A DNA stretch of 57,456 nt from positions 1 through 57,456 of the IMG/VR virus record IMGVR_UViG_3300013004_000054; one strand, given 5' to 3'. The stretch's first letter is position 1. The number at the start of each line of letters is the position of its first letter. This DNA is from a virus. Lineage: Duplodnaviria; Caudoviricetes. The position numbers and the translations under genes were made by a program. The notes beneath the pieces are model-generated. The model saw only the letters and a program-made list of their open reading frames with translations, made no database searches and was not told the origin of the DNA. Below, piece after piece: positions 14,571-22,087 of the stretch.

Positions 14571-14572
14571 CT

Positions 14573-15262
14573 ATGCACTTGTATTACATGGCAGTGCATT
14601 TTGAAGACAAAACCCATATGGGAAGTCTTAAGGAAATTGGTTTCTGGGAGCACTACTACGTTTACGAGATAGAAGATCATGTTCTTTCACGTGTAGATCT
14701 TCTTAGAGTACGCCCTGTGATGTTTCCGTCAAAACACGTTGCGATGGGATGGTTGTTCGCTACCGCTCAAACAGACGCTATAAAAGTTCACCCTGGAACA
14801 GACGCCGGTGACTATCTAACAGAAATTGGTAATGACCGCGTAGTGCCTTACACTAAAGGCAGAATAAAGTACACGCTAAATGAGCAAGACGTGCAAAACG
14901 GAGCCGAGTTTGCTAAGTTGGTTCTACATGAAAAGGTAGATCGTGACTATGAGAACATGTGGATCTATACTAAGCCTCAGCCGTTTTCTCCTTTACTCTC
15001 TGACTACGTCACGCACATACGAGCTGCTGGGCTGCCTGTTGAGCCTGAGCTTCAACGACTCTTTGATGCGCAGGATTCTCACTACACTAGCATGAAAAAG
15101 ATAGTAGATGCAGTGTATGATACACATGTGATGATTGAACAGATTGATAGTTCGGCTGCTGCGCACGCAGTGCTTCTACATCACTTCAATCAGATAAACA
15201 ACCTTCCAACCATACTAAGAGATGCAGAGACTAACGATGTTCAGCATACCATTAAACCCTAA
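14573..15262 (+). CDS. Hypothetical protein
   Basis: 229-aa ORF tightly coupled to both neighbours. Confidence 0.65.
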   Translation: MHLYYMAVHFEDKTHMGSLKEIGFWEHYYVYEIEDHVLSRVDLLRVRPVMFPSKHVAMGWLFATAQTDAIKVHPGTDAGDYLTEIGNDRVVPYTKGRIKYTLNEQDVQNGAEFAKLVLHEKVDRDYENMWIYTKPQPFSPLLSDYVTHIRAAGLPVEPELQRLFDAQDSHYTSMKKIVDAVYDTHVMIEQIDSSAAAHAVLLHHFNQINNLPTILRDAETNDVQHTIKP

Positions 15263-16883
15263 GCTAGATGAAAAGGAACTTCAAGAGTTCCTAAAGTTTC
15301 TTGACGAGAACCGCGCCTACATCTATGACTTCTACTTTACGTGTCGCATGCCACCATTTGTGCAGGACGCGATGGGTGACGTCTTCATAGGTGGCCAAGA
15401 AGATCATGATTACTTAATTGGGTTAGCTCTTCATATACAAAAAGAACTAGGCATAACCGCATCGGCCGTGTTTAACAACACGATGGTTCGTCCGTCACAA
15501 GAAAACTTAGATCTTTTTATCCAAAACTTCCGTCAACTCTATGACGCAGGGATCCGCTCAGTAACTATTCCACACACAAGCTGGATGGCAACAGGGCAGA
15601 TCAAAGCCGAGTTCCCAGATCTATTTGTAAAAAATACCATTCTGCGTAACGTGTCAGAACCCCGCGACATTTCAAAGTTAGCTGAGGCTGGATTCGACTA
15701 CGTCAACCTTGACCGCGACCTAATGCGCGACCACGAGAAACTAAAAAGATTCAAGAAGGCAAAAGAGATGTTTGGCGTCAAGCTCTCACTTCTAGCAAAC
15801 GAAGGTTGCCTCGGTGGTTGCATCATGATGGACGAACACTATCAGTTCAACAACTCTCGCGGTGGAACTAGCCCACAGTATTTTGCCGATTCCATTAGTC
15901 GAGTGTCATGCTCTAAGTGGGATCATGAGGATCAAGCGGTTCCGCTAAAGACAGCGAACATGCCACCTTGGAGAGCAGACTGGCAAGAGTTTTTTGATGA
16001 GCTCGGAATTGACGTCATAAAGATGCATGGCCGTGAGTCTAAGTCTCGCCTAAAAGAGACAATGGACATCGTTAGGCGATACGCCGCTGGAGACGAAATT
16101 CTATTCGACGGTTTCAATGACTTCATTGAAGAGACTAACCTAGCCGACAGACCTATTGAGGTATGGCGCAACAAGATCAAGACCTGCAAGTTTGATTGCT
16201 GGGATTGTGGCTACTGCGACAAAATTATGAAAGCAAAGTATGGGGACAAGCGCAACCCACGCGTGATGACTGTCACTCAGGGGATCGTAGACGCCGTCAA
16301 TCCAAAGAAGCCACTAGATATCAATATTGAAGGACTTACCAGTCCTAGAGTGCAATCATTGCTTAATCTACTAGCAAGTAAGTCAACAACTTACTTAGAG
16401 GTAGGGTCATTCCTTGGTGCTACCGCAGCCGCCGCGTTAAGTGGCAATAAGGTAAAAGCGTATCTTGTTGACAACTGGGCTGAAAGCCTTCAACCTGCTG
16501 AGGCAGACATCGACATGCCAGAAAGCAGCAAGGAAGACTTCTTAGAGAACATTAAACCGCACATTGGTGAAAACACCGTTGAGGTTCTTGACGGCGACAT
16601 GTTTACGTTTGGTAAGGAACAAATTAGTGGTGTTGACCTATTCTTCTATGACGGACCACACGACCACGCAACGGTAAGTCATGCCGTGCAACACTTTGCG
16701 CCGTGCCTTGCACCTGGTGCTATTATTATTTTTGATGATGCTAACTGGACTGACACGCTAACTGGTGCGGATGAAGGTCTTGCCAAGGCAGGCCTTGAGG
16801 TTGCATTCTCTAGGAAGATCATCAATAGTATAGAGTCCCGCCGTGACTGGTGGAACGGACTGTACATCGTAGTAACAAAGTAA
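15237..16883 (+). CDS. Peptidase-U32-family (Fe-S hydroxylase-like) domain fused to a class I SAM methyltransferase (Methyltransf_24-like)
   Basis: N-part: LDRDLMRD, LLANEGCLGGC, SC, KMHGR, CKFDCWDCGYC. C-part: YLEVGSFLGA, DLFFYDGPH, IIFDD. Start is 15237 (MFSIP) or 15222. Confidence 0.7.
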   Translation: MFSIPLNPKLDEKELQEFLKFLDENRAYIYDFYFTCRMPPFVQDAMGDVFIGGQEDHDYLIGLALHIQKELGITASAVFNNTMVRPSQENLDLFIQNFRQLYDAGIRSVTIPHTSWMATGQIKAEFPDLFVKNTILRNVSEPRDISKLAEAGFDYVNLDRDLMRDHEKLKRFKKAKEMFGVKLSLLANEGCLGGCIMMDEHYQFNNSRGGTSPQYFADSISRVSCSKWDHEDQAVPLKTANMPPWRADWQEFFDELGIDVIKMHGRESKSRLKETMDIVRRYAAGDEILFDGFNDFIEETNLADRPIEVWRNKIKTCKFDCWDCGYCDKIMKAKYGDKRNPRVMTVTQGIVDAVNPKKPLDINIEGLTSPRVQSLLNLLASKSTTYLEVGSFLGATAAAALSGNKVKAYLVDNWAESLQPAEADIDMPESSKEDFLENIKPHIGENTVEVLDGDMFTFGKEQISGVDLFFYDGPHDHATVSHAVQHFAPCLAPGAIIIFDDANWTDTLTGADEGLAKAGLEVAFSRKIINSIESRRDWWNGLYIVVTK

Positions 16884-16908
16884 ACAAAGACATAAGGGAG
16901 AGAAGAAC

Positions 16909-17835
16909 ATGGAATGGTCAGCATCACTTATAACTGACAATCAAGTGTACCTACTGTTGCTTGCAGCAGTGATGGGGTTGTCGTTCACGGCAAAAAGAAC
17001 ACAGGTATTCGTACCGTTTTACGCGTGGATCGCATCACACGTAAAGTCAAAAAGAGCAGTGGTAGCTCTTATCTCACTACTATCCGGGCTCCTGCCTATC
17101 AGTGGTAGAGCCGCTATCTCAGCTGGAGCGCTCGACACCATTGCGCCAGACGACAAGAACAAAAAGAAAAACTATGGTGTAATTGACTACCTGTCAACGC
17201 ACCATTACTATTTCTGGTCGCCGCTAGAGGCAACCGTTATTGTGCCGATGGCAACTCTCGGAATAACATACTTAGGTTTCATGAACTACATCTGGCCTCT
17301 GTTACTTACCGCGATTATCGTAATTCTTTACCAGATCTTCTTTGTGTTAAAGGAAGAAGACATCGAAATCAACGTCATTAAGAAAAAAGAACCAGTTGCC
17401 GGATGGACAAAGGAAGAGCGCAAGCAAATAGTGTCATACGCAAAGACACTACTTTTTGTTGGTGTCATCATTATTCTTGGCAACATTGTGAAGGCAAACT
17501 ATGAGACGATTAACACATGGGTAGAAGCTGCAAGAGATCACGGGCTCCTATTGGTTGTTGCAGTCGCAGGCTTCCTTGCAAGCTTTGCTCTTGGCAGCAG
17601 CGGTAAGTTTGCTGGTTTTACCTCGCTATCAGCCAGTGTGTTTGGCCCAGCCACTCTTCCACTTTTCTTTGCGATTGACTACGCAGGCTACATGCTTTCA
17701 CCAGCACACAAGTGCCTAGTCATATCACAGAGCTATTTCGGGACACCTCTAAAACAGCAGTACAAGGCGATTCTTTCTCTAGTAGTTCCTGTAGCACTAG
17801 TCGGTATCGTTATGTACTTCGGTCTTACTACCTGA
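16909..17835 (+). CDS. Multi-pass membrane protein, ion-transporter (IT) superfamily-like
   Basis: About 9 hydrophobic segments; internal duplication with SPLE.. and LSPAH.C motifs, as in DUF401/CitMHS-like permeases. Confidence 0.6.
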   Translation: MEWSASLITDNQVYLLLLAAVMGLSFTAKRTQVFVPFYAWIASHVKSKRAVVALISLLSGLLPISGRAAISAGALDTIAPDDKNKKKNYGVIDYLSTHHYYFWSPLEATVIVPMATLGITYLGFMNYIWPLLLTAIIVILYQIFFVLKEEDIEINVIKKKEPVAGWTKEERKQIVSYAKTLLFVGVIIILGNIVKANYETINTWVEAARDHGLLLVVAVAGFLASFALGSSGKFAGFTSLSASVFGPATLPLFFAIDYAGYMLSPAHKCLVISQSYFGTPLKQQYKAILSLVVPVALVGIVMYFGLTT

Positions 17836-17843
17836 GATACACG

Positions 17844-18539
17844 ATGAAAACAATAAAGTTCATGGCGGTAACACAGGACGTTGCTGACAAGATAAAACCT
17901 CCAGCTCCGGCACGTGCGTATGTGCCGGACTGGTACCGCCAGGCTACGCGCTTCATTGGCGGAAAAATGGAATTAGGCCAGCAAGGTATAAACAAGGATC
18001 TAAAACTTTGTGTTCCGTTTCTTGACGCACTGACTAGCGGATACGTCATTGAACTTCCAGCTGACATGCTCGTACAACGCGATGCGCAAGGCGTGACTTT
18101 TTTCTGGCATGAAGAACCACAACTTCTAGAGTTTCGTTCAAAGGACATGGCAACTACCCTTCCGCGACCAGCAGGACATGACCAAGATCTTTACGCCTGG
18201 GTAACTCAATGGGCAATGATTGCTCCACCAGGTTACAGTCTTTTAGTAACGCACCCGTTAAACAGAAATGATCTGCCATTTACAACAACTTCAGGAATTA
18301 TAGATAGTGATAAGTACTCGTCTGCTGGGCAGGTTCCATTCTTCCTGCGAGCAGGATTCAGTGGCGTTATCCCTGCAGGAACTCCAATCATGCAAGTTAT
18401 ACCAATCAAGCGTGAAAACTGGAAGCACGAAGTACTGCCATATGACCGCAGCTTTATCGTTAGTGTAAAGTACAGCATTCAACGTTACATGTATGGCGGG
18501 TACAAAAAACTACTATGGCAGAAGAAAAACTACTCGTGA
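17844..18539 (+). CDS. DUF6065-like (dUTPase-fold-like) protein
   Basis: K.C.PFLDALTSGY, PPGYSLL.THP.N, GIIDSD and I.AGTPI.QVIP.KRE motifs. Probable start MKTIKF at 17844. Confidence 0.6.
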   Translation: MKTIKFMAVTQDVADKIKPPAPARAYVPDWYRQATRFIGGKMELGQQGINKDLKLCVPFLDALTSGYVIELPADMLVQRDAQGVTFFWHEEPQLLEFRSKDMATTLPRPAGHDQDLYAWVTQWAMIAPPGYSLLVTHPLNRNDLPFTTTSGIIDSDKYSSAGQVPFFLRAGFSGVIPAGTPIMQVIPIKRENWKHEVLPYDRSFIVSVKYSIQRYMYGGYKKLLWQKKNYS

Positions 18540-19114
18540 CAGAGGACTTCCCGAACTGGTTTAACACTGGAAATAGACCACAGGCATTTAAGGAACGTCT
18601 ATATCAGTACGCGGGAAGTGATGTGTCATTCCTTCAAATTGGAGCCTACACAGGCGACGCCACGTTGTGGATGCTGGAGAACATAATTTTTAACAGTGGG
18701 ACACTGACAGACGTTGATACTTGGGAAGGCTCAGACGAACCAGCGCATAAGGATATGAACTGGTCAAGTGTTGAGGACGTGTATGACAAGAGAACATCAG
18801 AAGCTCAAGACAAAGGGCATCTATTAAAGTACAAAGGAACAAGTGATGAGTTCTTTGCAGCAAACACTAAGACATACGACTTCATATACATTGACGGTGA
18901 TCATACTGCCTACGGGGTTCTAAAGGACGCTGTACATGCATACGAATGCCTAAATGTAGGAGGAATCTTAGCGTTCGACGACTACACTTGGACTGCAGGC
19001 TTAGGAGAAATAAACGAACCAAAGATGGCAATTGACGCCTTTGAAAAGATCTATCAGGATAGAATATCTCCCGTACACAAGGACTATCAAGCCTGGTATA
19101 AAAAGACACGATAG
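18515..19114 (+). CDS. Class I SAM-dependent methyltransferase (Methyltransf_24-like)
   Basis: FLQIGAYTG, DVDTW, YDFIYIDGDH, GGILAFDDY motifs. Confidence 0.8.
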   Translation: MAEEKLLVTEDFPNWFNTGNRPQAFKERLYQYAGSDVSFLQIGAYTGDATLWMLENIIFNSGTLTDVDTWEGSDEPAHKDMNWSSVEDVYDKRTSEAQDKGHLLKYKGTSDEFFAANTKTYDFIYIDGDHTAYGVLKDAVHAYECLNVGGILAFDDYTWTAGLGEINEPKMAIDAFEKIYQDRISPVHKDYQAWYKKTR

Positions 19115-19123
19115 GAGAGACGC

Positions 19124-20218
19124 ATGAAGGTAGCGATATACACAATCGCACTTAACGAGCGCCAGTTTGTAGAAAAATGGTACGAGGCAGCAAAGGACGC
19201 TGACTACTTACTTATCGCTGATACTGGCTCAACTGATGGGACCGTAGAGGCTGCACGCGATCTAGGCATCAATGTTGTCGATATTCGTGTGTCACCTTGG
19301 CGTTTTGATGATGCGCGTAACGCTGCACTCGCTGCACTTCCAGTTGACATTGACATGTGCGTATCACTTGATATGGACGAGGTAATCACACCGAATTGGC
19401 GTGAACCACTTGAGAAAGCTTGGAAGTCGGGTATAACACGTCCACGCTATAAGCACGTTTGGTCTTGGAACGAAGACGGCACACCAGGACTAGAGTTTAG
19501 CTACGACCACATTCACGCACGCAAGGGATACCGTTGGCGTCACCCAGTTCACGAGTGCCTGTACACCTACGGGATTGATGAAGTGCAAGGTTGGATAGAC
19601 GAAATTGAAACGCATCATCACCCAGACCCAACTAAGAGTCGTTCACAGTACTTACCACTTCTTGCGATGTCAGTTAAAGAAGATCCATACAACGACCGCA
19701 ATGCTTTTTACTATGGCCGCGAACTTTATTTCTATGGACAAAATGAAGCCGCAGCTAACGAACTAAAAAGGCATCTGTCGTTACCAACAGCAACGTGGGC
19801 GCCAGAGCGTGCTGCGTCAATGCGTTTTATTGCAAAGGCTGCACCACACGAAGCTGAAGGTTGGTTGCGTAAGGCAATCAAAGAAGCGCCAGGACGACGC
19901 GAACCTTGGGTTGATCTTGCAAAACTCTATTATCTTCGTCAAGACTGGGACAATTCTCTTGAGTGCGCAATTCAAGCGCTAGCCATTAAAGAAAAACCAC
20001 TTGAGTATCTTTGTGAGGCAGAGGCTTGGGGAGAAGCACCATATGACTACGCGGCTATTGCGTGCTACCGTCTTGGCCGGTACAACGAAGGTATTGAGTA
20101 TGCAACAAAGGCGATTGAGATAAACCCACTGGATGAACGCTTAAAAAAGAACTTAGAGTTTTGTATAGAAAAACTTGCAGAGCAAGCTGGAAGTCAGTCT
20201 ACTACTGAGAAGATTTAG
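19124..20218 (+). CDS. GT2 glycosyltransferase with C-terminal TPR repeats
   Basis: IALNE, DTGSTDGT, FDDARNAAL, LDMDE, PVHE motifs followed by TPR-like helices. Confidence 0.85.
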   Translation: MKVAIYTIALNERQFVEKWYEAAKDADYLLIADTGSTDGTVEAARDLGINVVDIRVSPWRFDDARNAALAALPVDIDMCVSLDMDEVITPNWREPLEKAWKSGITRPRYKHVWSWNEDGTPGLEFSYDHIHARKGYRWRHPVHECLYTYGIDEVQGWIDEIETHHHPDPTKSRSQYLPLLAMSVKEDPYNDRNAFYYGRELYFYGQNEAAANELKRHLSLPTATWAPERAASMRFIAKAAPHEAEGWLRKAIKEAPGRREPWVDLAKLYYLRQDWDNSLECAIQALAIKEKPLEYLCEAEAWGEAPYDYAAIACYRLGRYNEGIEYATKAIEINPLDERLKKNLEFCIEKLAEQAGSQSTTEKI

Positions 20219-20756
20219 CTACCTTTTTAGCAGCTGCTTTTTCTTTCTTCTTTTGTAACTTTTCCTTCTTCTTAGCTTTTTCTTTAGCTTGACGTTCAAC
20301 ACGTTCAGCTCGCTCAGCATGATAGGCGTCAACTGCATTTGCGCTAGTGCGACTACGCCATGTGAACTCACACTTGGTGCAATGAACAAGTCTCATTGTT
20401 GCCCAGCGTCCGCCACCTGGAACAGGGACAACTAGTGTTTCAAGATTGCTTGGTCGTGCAGAACAATATGGGCATTGCGGATATCGAATACGCCTAGACT
20501 CGTGTCCATTCCATGAAACACTGAGCGCGCGGCGGATTTCACCTTCATCCTTACCACCCCATATACCCCAGATCTGTCGATGTTCAAGCGCCCACTTAAG
20601 ACACTCTGCTCGCACAGGACAAGAGAAGCATAGATTCTTTGCTTGGTACTTTTCTGCTGGTTCAGTTGAGAAGAAGAAATCTCGAATATGTTTGTTTTGC
20701 GTCTCTGCGCAAACAGCTCCTTTTTGCCAGCTTAGATCTGTTTCACTTCTTGACAA
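20202..20756 (-). CDS. whiB: WhiB-family transcription factor with C-terminal Zn ribbon and Lys-rich tail
   Basis: W...AVC...FF...AK.LC.SCPVR.EC..WAL.....GIWGG; then CPYC...CTKC. Confidence 0.85.
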   Translation of the reverse strand: MSRSETDLSWQKGAVCAETQNKHIRDFFFSTEPAEKYQAKNLCFSCPVRAECLKWALEHRQIWGIWGGKDEGEIRRALSVSWNGHESRRIRYPQCPYCSARPSNLETLVVPVPGGGRWATMRLVHCTKCEFTWRSRTSANAVDAYHAERAERVERQAKEKAKKKEKLQKKKEKAAAKKVAKSSQ

Positions 20757-21092
20757 TTAGATCTCCACCCATGTAATCGGGATGATAGTCTCAACGTAGT
20801 CACCATATGCAGTTTCTCCGCTTTCGTCACAGACAGTGTAGTCGATGTCACCTTCAACTTCCCCTGCGTATCCATAAGAGTTAGTTGACGACTCAATTGC
20901 GCCAAATCCATTACCAAGCGAGACAGCAGAACCGTCCCTTTGAAGAGCCGAGGCAAGAGCCCTCCGAACTATGTCGTTGTCAAGATCTACATGTTCATTT
21001 GTATAGAACACAAGAGCCTCAGACTTAGTGACATCATAGCCCTCACCAGTCCATTCGCGCCATAGGCATTCGCCGGCTCTTGAATCTCGCAT
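20757..21092 (-). CDS. Hypothetical acidic protein
   Basis: 111-aa ORF abutting whiB, preceded by a -10-like element. Confidence 0.6.
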   Translation of the reverse strand: MRDSRAGECLWREWTGEGYDVTKSEALVFYTNEHVDLDNDIVRRALASALQRDGSAVSLGNGFGAIESSTNSYGYAGEVEGDIDYTVCDESGETAYGDYVETIIPITWVEI

Positions 21093-21107
21093 AGATACAT
21101 TGTATCT
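21093..21107 (-). promoter_or_regulatory. Palindrome AGATACA-n-TGTATCT overlapping a TACAAT -10; probable leaderless promoter/operator
   Basis: TACAAT ends 6 nt before the ATG at 21092, with no SD; 7-bp inverted arms. Confidence 0.5.
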
Positions 21108-21185
21108 TGAGTCTGTCTCTAATGCAGGGCTTTACACACGGCATTTTCCTACTTTTTTCGCCATAGACTTATATGGACGCAGGTG

Positions 21186-21216
21186 TGAAAGTGTCTCTAA
21201 TCACCTCTGAGAGCCT
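21186..21216. repeat. Dispersed 31-bp repeat, copy 1 (TGAAAGTGTCTCTAA-n5-TCTGAG.GCCT)
   Basis: 27/31 identity to 47188..47218, with the first 15 bp identical. Confidence 0.7.
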
Positions 21217-21239
21217 CGCTTTTTACCTAAAATGACGAA

Positions 21240-21767
21240 CTATGCGTCGTTATACGTTCCAAGGTACAGATTGCTATTTACGTCTGGCCAAAGGTACTGA
21301 TAGTAAGGAGGACGTGTTCCAGTATCTTCTGGCCAACCAAACTGAGAGTACCAGCCGTAATCTTTACGTAGCAGTGCAATACGGTGAGTAGATGCAACCT
21401 GCTCAAACTTGTCAGTGTCCGACATCCAGCCAGGCATAGTTAGCTTGTCTTGGACACGACCCATACTTACTGCTAGGTCATAGGTACCGTAGATCTTTGG
21501 GAGCATGGTAGACTTGAAACCACGTTTGCGCCATTCAAAGTAGGTCGCCGCAAGATACGAGACTAAAAGCTTTTCGTGACCGCGCCACATGTGCGCAACA
21601 GGATGATTAACCCAGCCTTTAGGGTCACGATGATTACCTTGCGGGTCTAGTTCTGTAAGCGCAAGCAGAACCTGCCAGCCTTCAAGAGTTTGCTTGTGTA
21701 GACGCTTGTTGTCGATCTCGTGAGCAATACGCTCGAACGAGTCAGTCTGAGGTATAAACGTTTGCAT
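21240..21767 (-). CDS. Pyrimidine-dimer DNA glycosylase (DenV/MSMEG_6728 family)
   Basis: MQTF.P, D.KRL.KQ..E..Q, NHP...MW.GHE, EW..RG and SHR..LL.KD...Y motifs. Confidence 0.8.
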   Translation of the reverse strand: MQTFIPQTDSFERIAHEIDNKRLHKQTLEGWQVLLALTELDPQGNHRDPKGWVNHPVAHMWRGHEKLLVSYLAATYFEWRKRGFKSTMLPKIYGTYDLAVSMGRVQDKLTMPGWMSDTDKFEQVASTHRIALLRKDYGWYSQFGWPEDTGTRPPYYQYLWPDVNSNLYLGTYNDA

Positions 21768-21797
21768 GTATTGTGTCCTTCGTCATTTGGTATAACA

Positions 21798-21806
21798 ATT
21801 ATATCA
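21798..21806 (-). promoter_or_regulatory. Extended -10 promoter TGATATAAT
   Basis: Perfect TGnTATAAT in the gap upstream of 21767. Confidence 0.6.
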
Positions 21807-21811
21807 GGTTA

Positions 21812-22087
21812 CTAGCCCTCTTCGTCAAATTCCTCATCGTCTTCAAGAGGTCCAGAATCAAATGAGATCTCGTCTTCATTCTTCTCAGTGAATATACCGG
21901 CAACGGTGAGTTCGCCGCAAGTGCAACACGCGTGAACAGATCCGGGAGAAAGACGCAATGGAACTGCAATGGCAATAAGTTTGGAGACAAGACTGCCGTC
22001 ATCTCCAACTGACTCTGGTTCCCACTTGCTATTCTCCGCTATGTAGCAGACTTCGCACTGTGGGTAGGCGCTTTTTTTACGGCGCAT
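21812..22087 (-). CDS. Small Cys-rich (CxxC...CCxC) hypothetical protein
   Basis: Stop/start overlap with the methyltransferase; possible Zn finger; acidic tail. Confidence 0.6.
   Translation of the reverse strand: MRRKKSAYPQCEVCYIAENSKWEPESVGDDGSLVSKLIAIAVPLRLSPGSVHACCTCGELTVAGIFTEKNEDEISFDSGPLEDDEEFDEEG

Noticed and set aside
17712-17843. Track's long starts for 17712..18539 (likewise 23898..24377 and 31308..31817)
   Set aside because: They overlap upstream genes extensively; downstream ATGs give normal gene coupling.
18515-19114. This methyltransferase as a CmoA-type carboxy-SAM synthase for the Lys-type C5 enzyme
   Set aside because: Its motifs (IYIDGDH, FDDY) match Methyltransf_24-like O-methyltransferases; I see no CmoA-specific similarity.
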